Assembly: GCA_963728305.1 (NCBI GenBank)
Contig: CAVSKE010000040.1
Location: 94,005 to 158,004, forward strand
DNA: 64,000 nucleotides
Source of the DNA: an uncultured Acidobacteriota bacterium
Lineage (GTDB): Bacteria > Acidobacteriota > Vicinamibacteria > Vicinamibacterales > UBA2999
Direction: 5' to 3'
The notes below the pieces were generated by a model. The model searched no databases and was not told the DNA's origin. It was given only the letters and a program-made list of their open reading frames with translations. Positions 24,483 to 37,065 of this stretch are shown in pieces; positions within the stretch are counted from its first letter, which is position 1; each line of letters begins with the position of its first letter. The translations under genes were made by a program, and so were the position numbers.

Positions 24483-25478
24483 GTGCCCACACTCACTGTC
24501 GCTGACATCGGCGAACGTGCGCTCATCGCCCGCATCAAGGCGCGCGTCTCGATGCCGTCGTGGGTCCTGATCGGCCCCGGCGACGACGCCGCGGTGATCC
24601 AGCCGGAGCGAGGCACCTACGATGTCGTCACCACCGACGCGCAGGTGGAAGGCGTCCATTTCGATCGACGATTCGTGCCCGCTGATGCGATCGGACATCG
24701 TGCGCTGGCCGTCAATCTCAGCGACCTGGCGGCAATGGGCGCGTCACCACGCGCTGCGCTGCTGTCGCTCGCACTGCCTCCATCGCTCGACGTCGCAGAT
24801 TTCGAGCAGCTGGTCGACGGTGTGCTCGCTGTCGCGGCGACGCATCGCGTCACGCTCGTCGGCGGCAACATCACGCAGACCTCAGGGCCGCTGACCGTTG
24901 ACATCACCGCGATCGGCTCGGTGCGTCCGCGCAAAGTGTTGACCCGCGCGGCTGCACGTCCGGGCGACGTGATTTACGTGACTGGCGCCCTGGGCGAAGC
25001 GGCTATCGGTTTGCAAAGATTGCGGTTGGGCGAAGGCGGGCCGTTGGACGCCTGCGCCGTACGGTATTTGAGGCCCCAACCTCGGGTCCGGGCAGGCCTG
25101 TTACTCGGCCGCAATCGTGCGGCCTCGAGCTGTATGGACGTCAGCGACGGACTTGCCGACTGCGTGCGTCAGGTGGCCGAGGCATCGGGGGTCGGGATGA
25201 CCATCGATGCTGCGGCTCTTCCGATACCGGCTGAGGTTCGGGAGTCGCAGGCACGGCGAGGGCGCGATCCGCTCGAGCCGGCGCTCAGCGGAGGCGATGA
25301 TTACGAGCTGTTTTTCACAGTACGACCAGCTCATCGGGGACGCCTGCGGATGGTTTGTCAGCAACTGGGCGATCTGCCGATAACACGGATTGGAGTGGTG
25401 ACGAAGGGTCGGGATCTGCTGGTGCGCGACGAAGACAGGACGCGCCCGCTCCCGACGGGTTACGAGCACTTCAAATAG
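24483..25478 (+). CDS. thiL: Thiamine-monophosphate kinase
   Basis: GERALI, GPGDDAA, VNLSDLAAMG, GGNIT, DVSDGL, GGDDYEL. Confidence 0.95.
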   Translation: MPTLTVADIGERALIARIKARVSMPSWVLIGPGDDAAVIQPERGTYDVVTTDAQVEGVHFDRRFVPADAIGHRALAVNLSDLAAMGASPRAALLSLALPPSLDVADFEQLVDGVLAVAATHRVTLVGGNITQTSGPLTVDITAIGSVRPRKVLTRAAARPGDVIYVTGALGEAAIGLQRLRLGEGGPLDACAVRYLRPQPRVRAGLLLGRNRAASSCMDVSDGLADCVRQVAEASGVGMTIDAAALPIPAEVRESQARRGRDPLEPALSGGDDYELFFTVRPAHRGRLRMVCQQLGDLPITRIGVVTKGRDLLVRDEDRTRPLPTGYEHFK

Positions 25479-26120
25479 ATGCGACTGATCCTCGCGCGCT
25501 ACACCTGGCTCAAGGTGATCGTGCTCCTCGCGGCGGTCGTGGGGTTCGTGCTGCTGTACGAAAGCCAGATGCGCGACTCGCGCAACGCCGCGTGGGAAAC
25601 CATGACCAATCCCGACGGCTCACCGATGCCCGGTGCGCGTCTTCCCTTCAGTGCCACTGCCTACTGCAAGGGCACGACGACGGCGTCCGGTGTCGGCGTA
25701 CGGAGTGGCATCGCCGCGGCCGATCCATCGATTCTGCCGGTGGGCAGCGTTCTCAACCTCGCGGTTGGCGACACCCGCTACAACGGCGTGTACACCGTGA
25801 TGGATACCGGCCCGAAAGTGCAGGGCCGCCTGCTCGACCTCTACATGTGGAGTTGTCACGAGGCGCTGAAGTTCGGCCGCAAGGACGTGCAGGTCACGGT
25901 ACTGCGTCTCGGATGGGATCCACGCGCCACCGCGCCAACGCTGATCGATCGGGTCTTCCGCGGCCGTGCCACACGGAAGCTTCCTTCGCCGGAGCCACCG
26001 CCCGCCGATACGCCGCCTGCAGATGGCGAGAGTGAGGACGGGCCGAACGTCCCGGAGGAGGCTCCCACACCTGAGGCCGACTCCACCGCGATCCCCAGCC
26101 CCGCGCCGCCAGTTCAATAG
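25479..26120 (+). CDS. Membrane-anchored 3D-domain (MltA-like) protein
   Basis: N-terminal TM; ATAY, AADPSILPVGS, DTG, LDLY; Pro-rich tail. Confidence 0.85.
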   Translation: MRLILARYTWLKVIVLLAAVVGFVLLYESQMRDSRNAAWETMTNPDGSPMPGARLPFSATAYCKGTTTASGVGVRSGIAAADPSILPVGSVLNLAVGDTRYNGVYTVMDTGPKVQGRLLDLYMWSCHEALKFGRKDVQVTVLRLGWDPRATAPTLIDRVFRGRATRKLPSPEPPPADTPPADGESEDGPNVPEEAPTPEADSTAIPSPAPPVQ

Positions 26121-26159
26121 TCGGCCCTGCTCTCGACCTCGCTCGGGCGAGATGACGCG

Positions 26160-29100
26160 TTATCGGGGACCCGCCGTCGCCAGCAATTCTTCCAGCAGCG
26201 TCGGATCTGCCGGCTTGGTGAGATGCACGTCGAAGCCGGCCTGCATCGCCTTGTGCTTGTCGCGCTCCTGCCCCCAGCCGGTCAGCGCCACGATCACGAG
26301 GCTCGAGCCGAACTCCTCACGAATGCGGCGGCACGTTTCGTAGCCGTCGAGTCCGGGCATGCCGATGTCCAGAATCACGATGTCGGGACGGAACTCGCGG
26401 ACACCGACCAGTCCGGCCTCGCCGTTGTGCGCGACGCGGCATTCACCGCCGAGCACAGTGACGAGTCGTTGCATCGCTCGTGTCCCCGCGGGGTTGTCGT
26501 CGACGACGAGCACACGACGCCCGGCACACGGCGTCACTGCGGCCCGAACGGCACTGCGGACGGGCGCGGCGGCGTGTGCCACGGGGACACGGAGCGTGAA
26601 AGTGCTGCCCCGGCCGGGACCGTCACTGTGAACGCCGATTGACCCGCCGTGCATCTCGATCAGATGTCGAGCCAGTGCCAGCCCGAGGCCGAGGCCGGCC
26701 TGCGACCGGTACGCCATGGCGTCGTCCTGCGTGAACAAGTCGAAGACGCGGGGCAACATCTCGCTGGAGATGCCCACCCCCGAGTCGGCGATGCGCAGGA
26801 CAACCTCGCGCGGGCCAGCCGCCGGCGACGCCAGTTCAGCAGACATGGTGATCTGTCCACCCGGATCGGTGAACTTCACCGCATTGTTCAACACGTTCGA
26901 TATGACCTGCACGAAGCGTATTGGATCGGCATCGATCAGCACTCGCGTGTCGGGCATGTCGATGCTGAGCGCGAACTGCCCGCCGTCGATGGCCGCACGG
27001 TTGGCCTGCACTGCCCTGGCGACCAGCGTCGCGAGTTCCGTGGGCCGCTGCTGCAGCCGAATCTTCCCCGACGTGATGCGTGATACGTCGAGCAGATCGT
27101 CGACCAGCCGCACGAGCAGCGTCAGCTGCTCCTCCATCTCTTCCCGGACTTCCCGTACCACCTCCGGCGTGTTGCCGGCGATTCGAATCAGCTCCAGGCT
27201 GGTACGAAGCGGCGCGAGCGGATTGCGCAGTTCGTGGGCCAGCGTCGCCAGGAACTCGTCCTTCCGTCGATCGGCGTCCTTCAGCCGCTGCTCGCTGTCA
27301 CGCAGCGAATCCTCGGCCTGCGTGCGCTCGATGAGATCGGCTGCCTGGCGCGCCAGGATGTCGAGCAGCCGGAAATCCCGTTCCGACGGCTGATGCGGCA
27401 CCGCCCAGTGCGTGCTGATCATGCCCAGTGTCTTGCCCGCGCGCGAGACGAGCGGTGACGTCTGGACGGCCTTGAATACCCGCATCGAGCAGCGCCGTCT
27501 GGGTGGCGGAGCCGGCCATGAACTCGCATCGGGCCACGTCTGGCGTAATGACGCGAGCGTTGAGCGTCATGGCGCGAGCGCAGGTCGTATCGGCGTCGGC
27601 GGGCACCCACTCCCAGCGCTGTCTGGCGCTTTCGTCGAAACCACGTGAGGCAATGAGATAGAGCGAGCCCCGCGGTCCACGCTCAGGGTAGAACACCTGC
27701 AGGCTCGCGAAGTGCGAACGCATGATCCAGATCGCCGCATCGACAACGGTTTCGTACAACGACTCCGCGTCGTGGCCTTCGATCAGCTGCGCGCTGAGCT
27801 GCTGCAGCAATTGTGTGTCCGCCAGCTCGAGACTCAAACGCCGTTCGCTCTCCCGCAAGGCGTTCTCACTGAGCCGCCGTTCGATGAGCTCGGCTGCCTG
27901 CCGTGAGAGCAGATCCAGGAAGCGAACTTCCCGCTCGGACACGCGGCGCCCGGACTCGCTCCAGTGCGTAGACAGCATGCCGACGGTTCGCCCGGCGCGC
28001 GTCACCAGTGGTGTGGATTGCGCGGACCGTATACCAGCGTCCACGAACAGGTGCATCACGCCGTGGGGGTCGGCGACGTCCGGGTCGTCGAAATGGACGA
28101 CGGCTGCCCGGTTCGTCGCGAGCGCCTGGCCGCACGACGTCGGTGACAGGGCATTCACTCGGCCGAACCGATGGGCCATCGAGGGGTCGAAGTCCGTTGT
28201 AGGCCAGGAGCGCCAGCTCGCGAGTCTCGTTATCGAGCAGCTGCAGGCACCCGGCCTGCGCGCCGGTGATCGACATCGCCGCTACGACAATCGCGTCGTA
28301 GAACGCCGGCGTGTCGGACTCGGAGACGAGCCGTACGCTCAGATCGCGCAGCAGCTGTGTGTCGCGGAGATCATTCGCGACCGCCTGCTCGGCCAGCGCA
28401 TGCTCCAGGCGCGCGAACAGCCGATCCGCGAGCTGACGGAAGAGACCGACCTCCTCCACGCGCCAGCGGTGAGGACGCGAGTCACACACAGCGAAGATGA
28501 AGGTCCACGCGTCGTCGCGGAGGAAGGGCATGCTCATGAAGGACCGCACTTGCAGCGCCTCATGGGGACCGGCATGCGTCCGAGAGTCGTGGTAGCGTGT
28601 CGTCCACGATATGCGGAACGCCGGCTCGGGCGGCCTGACGATACTCAGGCGTCACGAAGTCCGAGATGCGGAGGACGTCTGGCCTGCTCGGCGAGCCGTC
28701 CCGGTTCCACACGTGCAGCATGCGGATCTGATCGTTCGGCTCGTCCACGCCCAGCAGGCAGACGGAGGACACACCCAGATAGGCACCGAGCAGAGGTCCG
28801 ACGACCTGCATGATCTCATCGGGTGACGACACGCGGGCGCACCGGTCTGCGATCTGATCGAGCAGGGCGAGATCGGTATCGCGACGCTTGCGTTTGGTGA
28901 TATCCGTGGCGACGCCCGTCATCCGTACGGCACGGCGATCCGTGATCGTGTCACGCGACCCCGATTCGGCGACGTCGGTGAAGACCGTCTCTCCCCTGAT
29001 CTCGAGCCACCGCACCGAGCCACCAGCGTCAAGCACGCGGATGTCTTCGTGCAGCGACCCTGGCCCCGACGGCTCGATCGCACGCGCGAACATCGTCGTG

Positions 29101-29342
29101 CAGCGTGCGCGGTCAGCCGGATGAATCGAGGCTGTGATGATTTCGTCGAGGCTGAAGGTGCCGTTGTCCGGTAGGCCGAGCAACGTGAGCATTCTCGCGT
29201 CCGGCTCAACGTCGTCGTCGTCGACGCGCCAGATGAACGTGCCCATGCCCGACGCGTCGATAGCCGATCGAAGTCGGACTTCACGTTCGCTCAACGCGTC
29301 GAACGCGATCGGAACTGCGCCGGACTCACATTGTTCGCTCAT
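26160..29342 (-). CDS. Cytoplasmic PAS/multi-GAF hybrid histidine kinase-receiver (frameshifted)
   Basis: PAS (IHPADR, DITKRK), GAF repeats, LAHELRNPL, NAVKFT, DSGVG, REC (LDIGMP) across three ORFs. Confidence 0.88.
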
Positions 29343-29580
29343 CTGCTCTTGGTCAGCGCCGACGAATTCTAACAGCGAGACGCGTGCGATGTAACCGGTG
29401 TGTCGCGATATTTCTTTGCCACGACATCTCGTGGGTCGGGTGCTCCGAAGCGAGACAACTGCCCCTACGCACGAAACGGCCAGAGCCTCAGCCGCGCGTT
29501 CCATTGTGCCGCTCGATCGCTCCGACGATCAGCAGCACGGGCCGAGCTCGGGGTGCCTAACGACTGCAGGAGTCCCCGGA

Positions 29581-31405
29581 TCACACGGGGGACGGGGTCG
29601 CCGCCTTGGACTCGAACTGCAGCTGATACAACCGGTGATAGATGCCGCGCGCCGCCAGCAGCTCCTGATGGGTGCCTGATTCGCGCAGCTCGCCCTTGTG
29701 CAGCACCAGGATGCGGTCCATGTCCTGAATCGTCGAGAGGCGATGGGCGATGGCGATCGTCGTGCGGCCGCGCATCACTACTTTCAACGCATCCCGGATC
29801 AGCAACTCGGTGTCCGTGTCGACGCTCGACGTCGCCTCGTCGAGGATCAGCACTGTCGGATCGAACGCCAGCGCGCGTGCGAACGACAGCAGCTGCTTCT
29901 CGCCCGACGAGAACGTCGCGCCGCGCTCGGTGACCGGTGTGTTGACGCCAAGCGGCAACCGATCGACGAAGCGCGACGCGTGCACCGCATCGAGCGCGCG
30001 CCGCACATCGTCATCGCTGATCGACGGATTGCCGAGCCTGACGTTGCCGCCAATCGTGCCGGAGAACAGGTAGACGTCCTGCAGCACGAGACCGAACAGG
30101 CTGCGGAGCGCGCCGAGATCCATGTCGCGAATGTCGACGCCGTCGATCGTGATGCGGCCCTCCTGCACGTCGTAGAACCGCTGCAGCAGGCTCACGATTG
30201 TCGTCTTGCCGGAGCCGGTCGCGCCGACCAGCGCGACACGCTGCCCCGGACGCACTTCGAACGACACGTCGCGCAGGACGGGCTCGCCTTCCACGTAGGC
30301 GAAGGTGACGTTTTCGAAGCGGATCGTCCCCGGCGGATCTAACAGCCGCCGCTCTGCAGCTCGGCGTCCCCGAGCCTCACGGCGACCGCCGGCGCCGCCG
30401 GTGACGCAATCTCCACCGGCGTATCGAGCAGCGCAAAGATGCGTTCAGACGAGGCCATCGCGCCTTGTAGCAGATTGAACTTCTCGGACAGATCGCTGAT
30501 CGGCCGGAAGAAGCGCTGCGAATACTGGAGGAACGCGACCAGTGCGCCCAGCGTCAGCGTGTCGCCAGTCACTACCCACCCACCGCCGACCCACAGGATC
30601 AGCCCAGCGGCCAGCGCGCTGACCAGTTCGACGCCCGGATAGAACGCCGCGTAGTAGAAGATCGACCGCACGTTGGCGTCGCGGTGCTGCCGGTCGATCT
30701 CGTCGAACGCCTCGAAGTCGCGCTGCTCCCGGCGATACAGCTGCACGGTGGACATGCCGGTCAGGCGCTCCTGCAGGATAGGCATTGATGCGCGCGATCC
30801 AGGTGCGAACGTCGCGGTAGGTCTCGCGGACGTTGACGCGGAACCACTGCGTGATCACCGCAATCAGCGGCAGCACGGAAAACGCCACGAGCGCCAGGCG
30901 CCAATCCATCCAGACCAGCACCACCATGATGCCGATCAGCGTAAAGACGTCGCCGAATACCGACACCACGCCCGACGTGAACAGATCGTTGAGCACGTCC
31001 ACATCGGTCGTGACCCGCGTCATCAGCCGGCCGACCGGGTTGCGATCGTAGAAGCGCAGATCGAGCCGCTGCAGGTGCGCGATCATCTGCATCCGCATGT
31101 CGAACATGATCCGCTGCCCGGTCGCCTGCATCGTCCAGGTCTGGATGTATTCGAGGATGAACGAGGCCGTCAGGGCGATCAGGTAGAGCGCCGCCATCAG
31201 GCCCAGCCCCGAGACGTCTCGCGCCGGGATGTAGCGGTCGATGGCGATCTTCGTCAGGTACGGCGGGACCAGCTCGAGGCAGGAGTGGCCGATGATGGCG
31301 ATGACGGCGATCACGACCTGACGCCGGTACGGACGCAGGTAGCCGAGCAGCCGCCGCATCAAGCCGGCCGTCGTAGGCCTTTCCAAGGACGTCTTCTTCG
31401 TGCAT
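29581..31405 (-). CDS. ABC exporter TMD-NBD subunit, MdlB-like (frameshifted)
   Basis: [43 protein letters not shown]. Confidence 0.9.
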
Positions 31406-33188
31406 TACGAAGCCGCCAGCTCCTCTTCCAGCAACTGCTTTCGATAGAGCTCGGCGTAGAGGCCGCCGTGGCGCACGAGCGCGTCATGCGTCCCCGACTC
31501 CGCCACGCGGCCCTGATCGAGCACGACGATTTGATCGGCGCCGCGCACTGTGGACACGCGATGCGACACGATGATCGACGTGCGCTGACGCATCACTCGC
31601 GACAGCCGCTGCAGGATCTCCTCTTCCGTGTGTGTATCCACTGCCGACAAGGCATCGTCGAGAATCAGAATCGCCGGTCGACAGCACCAGCGCGCGGGCG
31701 ATCGCGGTTCGCTGCTTCTGGCCGCCCGACAGCGTGATCCCCCGTTCACCCACCAGCGTGTCGTACCCGTTCGGGAACGACTCGATGTCCTTGTCCAGGC
31801 GCGCAGTCGCCGCGGCGTCTTCGATCGCCGCCTGTGAGCCGCTCGATCGGCACGATCCGACGACGTCGATCGGGGCAGGCCGAACGCGATGTTGTCAGCG
31901 ACCGACGCGCTGAACAGAAACGGTTCCTGCGCCACGAATCCAATCGCGCCGCGCAGCGTGGCCAGCGGAATCTCGCGGACGTCCACACCGTCGATGAACA
32001 CCGTGCCTGGCGGCGCATCGTGCAGACGAGGCAGCAGACTGAGCAGCGTAGACTTCCCCGACCCGGTCGCGCCGACGATCGCCGTCGTCGTTCCGGCGGG
32101 AATCGTCAGCGAGACGTCGTGGAGCACCTCGATGTCGCCATAGCGGAACGTCAGGTGACGAAATTCGATCGCGCCTTGAATCCTGCCGATCGGTGAGGCC
32201 GGCACATGCTCGTCGGTGATCGCCGGCGTCGCGTCGAGAACCTCCAGCATGCGCTTCCACGACGCCATGCCGCGCTGCAGAAGGTTCGTCACCCAGCCGA
32301 ACGCAATCATCGGCCACGCCGAGCATCATCAGGTAGGTGTTGAACGCCACCAGCTCGCCAACCGTCATGCGCCCGGCAATCACTTCGCGGCTGCCGATCC
32401 ACAACACGAGCAGCGCGCCGATGCCCATCAGCAGGCCCATGCTCGGGAAGTACATCCCCTGGAGACGGATCAGCGCCCGGTTGCGCTGGACGTACTCCTC
32501 GTTCGCGCGGCGGAAGCGCTCGATCTCGAACGACTCCTGCCCGTAGGCACGCACCACGCGAACGCCGGCCAGCGACTCCTGCGTGACCGCGCTGATGTCG
32601 GACAGCTGCTCCTGGATCTTCTCGAATCGATGGTGAATCGCTGCGCCGAAGTAGCGAACAGCCAGCGTGACAAACGGCAGCGGCACGAGCGCCAACGGCG
32701 GTCAGCCATGGATTGATCGACACCATCAGGGCGATCGCCACGATGAATGTCAGGCCGGTGCTCGAGGCGTACATGACCGCCGGGCCGATCATCATGCGCA
32801 CCGCGCTGAGGTCGTTGGTCGCCCGCGACATCAGGTCGCCGGTGCGCGTGTGCTGGAAGTAGCCCAGGTGCATGCGCTGGAGCGCTGCGAAGAAATCGTT
32901 GCGGAGGTCGTACTCGAAATCGCGCGAGGCGCCGATGATGATGCGACGCATCAGGAAGCGGAAGAATCCGCCCACCAGCGCCAGCAGGAACAGCGCAACC
33001 GCGTATTGACGGACCTCGCCGAGCGTCAACGAGCTCTGCAGATCGTCGATGGCGTACTTGAGGACCCATGGCCCGGCCAGCGTCAGGACGTTGGCGACGA
33101 CGACACAGGCAAAGCCGAGGAGGAACGAACGCCGGTATTTCGCGAGATATCCGCAGGAGCCGGCGCTCCTGGACCCGGGAGAGCACAA
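31405..33188 (-). CDS. ABC exporter TMD-NBD subunit, MdlA-like, degenerate Walker B (frameshifted)
   Basis: [39 protein letters not shown]. Confidence 0.9.
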
Positions 33189-33224
33189 CTAAAGCGTACC
33201 AGACGGCGCGCCGATAGACGAAGT

Positions 33225-34056
33225 ATGCAAATCCGACTCGTGGCTGCCCTTCTGTTGTGTCTCCTGTTGTCATCGCGTGCCGAAGCCCAGTTTCGAGTTC
33301 CCGATCCCGCCCCTGGCGAGCAATTTCACGTCGAGCTCGGCCTGATGTTCTGGCAACCCTCGCCCGTCCTGCAGATTCAGACTGGCGCGCTTGCCGCGCT
33401 GGGTGAGAACGACGTCGATTTCGTCCAGGAGTTCGGCATCGAGAACGAGCGGTTCAACGAGTTCCGAGCGGTGATCAAGGCGGCGAAGAGACACAAGATT
33501 CGCGTCAGCCACGTGCTGGCGGAGTACAGCGCCAGCCACGACGCTTCAGCGGACCATCGTGTTCGGCGGACAGACATTTCCGGTCAGCGTTCCCGCCACA
33601 GCGGATCTGCAGTGGCGTGTGTGGCGCTTCGGGTACGAGTGGGACTTTGTCGCCATGGACCGCGCAGTCGTCGGGGTGGTGACCGAATTGAAGTTCAACA
33701 AGGTGTCCGCGGACCTCGAGGCACCGGGCTTCGGGAGCGAACTGACCGAGGTGTCCGCACCGGTCCCGACGATCGGCATGCTGGCACGCGTCTATCCGCA
33801 CAAGACGTTTTCGCTGACCGCTGAATTCACCGGGTTCAAAGTGCCAGGCTTCCTGGCCAATAGGATTACCGACGCCATCGACGACGACGCCGACGCCAAA
33901 GTCTTCGATCTCGATCTGTACGGCACCGTGAACTTCGGCAGCCACGTCGGCGCGCAAGTCGGATATCGCTCGCTCACCGCCGACTATCTCTTCGACGAGG
34001 ACGCCGGCGATCTGGAACTGAAAGGCTGGTATTTCGGCGGGCTGGTTCGGTTCTAG
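33225..34056 (+). CDS. Putative outer-membrane beta-barrel protein (indel ~33545)
   Basis: Signal peptide, alternating beta-strand pattern, C-terminal GWYFGGLVRF. Confidence 0.7.
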
Positions 34057-34059
34057 CAA

Positions 34060-34084
34060 GCGGGTCTAAAGACCCGCCTCCTAC
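34060..34084. repeat. GTAG-type REP element
   Basis: GCGGGTCT-AA-AGACCCGC...CTAC between convergent genes. Confidence 0.7.
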
Positions 34085-34100
34085 GCGTCACCCCGGCTGG

Positions 34101-34839
34101 TTAGATCTTTCTCGCCACGACAAGCAACGAGCTCCCGATCGGCATCGGCACATGCCTGCCGAGCGCCGCCTCGGCGCTCACCAACGCAGTCAACAGCAGA
34201 TTCACCGGCCCGGCAGGCACCGCGATGTCGGTGTCTGCCCGGACGGTTCGCCCGAATCGCCGCGTCACGCGCTGCACCAGCCGAACCGACGCCATCAGCG
34301 GAAACAGCGACGCGAACAGGAACGACACACGCTCAGGCCTGAGTCCCGCGGCCTCGACAAGGCGACGAGCGGTCGCCGGTGTGTAACGGCGCACTTCCTG
34401 CCACACTTCCGCGTGATCGCCACGAAGAGAGTCGAGCGCCGCCAAGCGTGATAACAACCACTCCGCCCGGCCTGACAATGCGCGCCATCTCACGGACCGC
34501 GGCGACATCGGCCTCGACACACTGCATGACATCGAACGACGTCGCGACGTCGAATGCACCGGATGCCAGCGGAATACGCGTCACATCGCCGCGGAGCACG
34601 GTGAGTCCGGTGGCGTGGGCGCGGGCCGGTCCGGCCTCGCTCAGATCGAATCCGACCGCCTTTCCAAGCGGACGCAACAGTTGCAGGTTGTGGCCGGTGC
34701 CGCAGCCGCAGTCCACGAGCCGGAGGCCCGGCCGGCCGTTGGCCAGGTCGGCGAGAACGGGAGCGACGAATTTGCGGAACCCTCGAAACCAGAAGTGGGT
34801 CGCTTCGGCGCGACCCGTCAGCTCGAGGAGATCGTCCAT
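34101..34839 (-). CDS. Class I SAM-dependent methyltransferase (indel ~34445)
   Basis: EATHFWF, DCGCGTG, FDVATSFDV, HxxVW..VRRY, PIGSSLL. Confidence 0.85.
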
Positions 34840-34842
34840 CGA

Positions 34843-37065
34843 CTAGCGGCTGGCGGTCAGACGTCCGTTCGGATCGAGAAGACCCGCTCCGTAGAGACGC
34901 CTGTAGTCCTCCGCGGTCCCGAGAATGCGCTTCACGTAGTTCTGCGTTTCGGGGAATGGAATGTTGTCGATGAACTCATCGGCAGGGAGACCCGGCGCCT
35001 CGGTGAGCCAGCGCGACACGCGATGTTCCCCGGCGTTGTAGCCGGCCAGGGCGTAGTGCGCACCGCCGAACATGTCGACGAGATCTTTGAAGTACTGCGT
35101 GCCAAGCCGCACATTGGTTTCCGCCTGGAAAAGGGAAGCGGTGGTGAACGACTTCATCCCGACCTTGCGCGCGTAGATGCGTCCGGTGCCGGGCATCAGC
35201 TGCATCAGCCCGCGCGCGTTGGCCGACGACCGGATCTCTGCGGTGAAGGTTGACTCCTGCGCCATCAACGCCGTAATCAGATAGGGATCCAGCCCGTGAA
35301 TCTTCGAGTACTTCTGAATCAGGGGCCAGTAATCGAGCGGGTAGATGATCTGCAGGACGTCCGGCGGAAGATCCTCTCCGCCCGCGGCGAGGAACTGCGG
35401 ATATGCACGGCGCATCAGCGTGATGGCACCGCGCATCGCGGTGAAGCGCTCCTGCGCGCGAAGCCCGAGTCCCTGCCGATGCCGGATCCACGCCGTCGTC
35501 GCCTGCAGCGGCGCCGAGTCGCCCCACACACGTTGCGCGTATTGAACCTCGCGCAGCGCCTCGTCGTAGAGCTGGAGCGCGGTGAGCTCGCGCATCAACG
35601 CCTCGGTCGGCGGCGTCTTCGTTGTCACGACAGAGGAGGTCATGGGTGCCGCAGTGCTCGGAAGAACGGGCTGCCGTCGCGTGGTGAGGAGCGCCGCCGC
35701 CAGACGTCCGTAGTACGAGTTGCGGTAGTCAGCGACAACGAGACGATAGCGCTCGTTCGCCGTCGCGGTGTCGTTGAGCTGATCGCGCGAACGGCCGGAC
35801 CAGTAGAGCCATGATGGGCGATAGTCGGCGCGCGGGAATGCGGTGGCCCCGGTCTCGAAGAACCTGATGGCGTCGTCGAGGCGGCGGCTGCGATACGCCG
35901 CCCATCCCGCCTTCCACGCCGCCCGCTCGGCATGGCGATGCCGTGGGAATTTCTGCGCCAGCTCACGGAACACGAGATCGGCTTCGGCGTCCTCGTCGAC
36001 GACGATATAGTGCGAGGCAAGGCCGTTCAGCATCTCGGCGGCCCACTCGCTGGCCGGGAAATCCTTGATCAGTTCGCGCGCTTCGGTGACGAACGTCTTC
36101 CGGTCACCCAGCTCGCGGATCGCGCTGATGTAGAAGTATCGCGCTTCGGGTTCGAGCTCATCGTCGTTCAGCAGCGGCTTCAGCGCGTCGCGCGCTGCGC
36201 GATTCCGGTCAAGGTAGTAGTCACACTCCGCGATTCGCAGCGCGACCAGGTCCCTGGTGTCGCCGTCGACGGACTTGGCGATCGCCTCGAAGCCGGCGCG
36301 CGCCTGTGCCCAGCGCCGCGCCTCGAACAGCCGTTGCGCGCGACGCTGCGCGCGCGCGACGAGATCCTCCGAAATCCCCAACGAGGCCTGCAGGCGCTCG
36401 ATGCCGCTCTGTGCGTCAACCGCCTCCGCACTCAGCGGGCTGTCGTAGTAGATGCGGCGGTACAGTTCGAGCGCGTGCTCGCGATGCGCGAGTGTTTCCT
36501 CGACCAGCGCCAACGCAAGCCACGCCTCTTCGGGCGACGCGAGGTCTTCGGCGATGAGGCCGCGCAGGATCGCCTCGGCGCGCGCCCCATCCTGCCGCGC
36601 AACCGCAACCTCTGCGAGCCGGAGGGGCACGGCTTCGTACAGATACCCTGCCGGGCGTGACGTCATCATCGACGTGAAGATCGCGTCGGCTTCGGGCAGG
36701 CGTGACAAACCCACGAGCGCGACGCCTGTGTAGTACCGCGTATACGCGGCCAGCGGCGTGGCATTGAGCTTCAGTCCGCTCAGGAGGGACAAGCCCGCCG
36801 CAAAATCTTCCGACGCAACGGCGCGAACCCCTTTGGTGAATCGGGTGAGTGCAGCCGCGTCCGCCCGCCCCTCGGCGGCGGTTCCTCCAGGCATCTCCTG
36901 GACGAACCAGTACTGCGAGACGTCGGTGGGCAGTGGTGCATGCCGTGTCGCTGTCAGCTGCACGGCCGCGGCTTCACGCGCGCGCGTCTCGTCGGGCGTC
37001 TGCTGTGCGCGCAGACCTTGGAACGCAGCAACCGCACACGCGAGGATGAGAATGACCCTTTTCAC
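34843..37065 (-). CDS. Soluble lytic transglycosylase, TPR + SLT domain (Slt70-like)
   Basis: Signal peptide, TPR helices, QESTF, ARGLMQL, GYNAG, ETQNYV. Confidence 0.92.
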   Translation of the reverse strand: MKRVILILACAVAAFQGLRAQQTPDETRAREAAAVQLTATRHAPLPTDVSQYWFVQEMPGGTAAEGRADAAALTRFTKGVRAVASEDFAAGLSLLSGLKLNATPLAAYTRYYTGVALVGLSRLPEADAIFTSMMTSRPAGYLYEAVPLRLAEVAVARQDGARAEAILRGLIAEDLASPEEAWLALALVEETLAHREHALELYRRIYYDSPLSAEAVDAQSGIERLQASLGISEDLVARAQRRAQRLFEARRWAQARAGFEAIAKSVDGDTRDLVALRIAECDYYLDRNRAARDALKPLLNDDELEPEARYFYISAIRELGDRKTFVTEARELIKDFPASEWAAEMLNGLASHYIVVDEDAEADLVFRELAQKFPRHRHAERAAWKAGWAAYRSRRLDDAIRFFETGATAFPRADYRPSWLYWSGRSRDQLNDTATANERYRLVVADYRNSYYGRLAAALLTTRRQPVLPSTAAPMTSSVVTTKTPPTEALMRELTALQLYDEALREVQYAQRVWGDSAPLQATTAWIRHRQGLGLRAQERFTAMRGAITLMRRAYPQFLAAGGEDLPPDVLQIIYPLDYWPLIQKYSKIHGLDPYLITALMAQESTFTAEIRSSANARGLMQLMPGTGRIYARKVGMKSFTTASLFQAETNVRLGTQYFKDLVDMFGGAHYALAGYNAGEHRVSRWLTEAPGLPADEFIDNIPFPETQNYVKRILGTAEDYRRLYGAGLLDPNGRLTASR

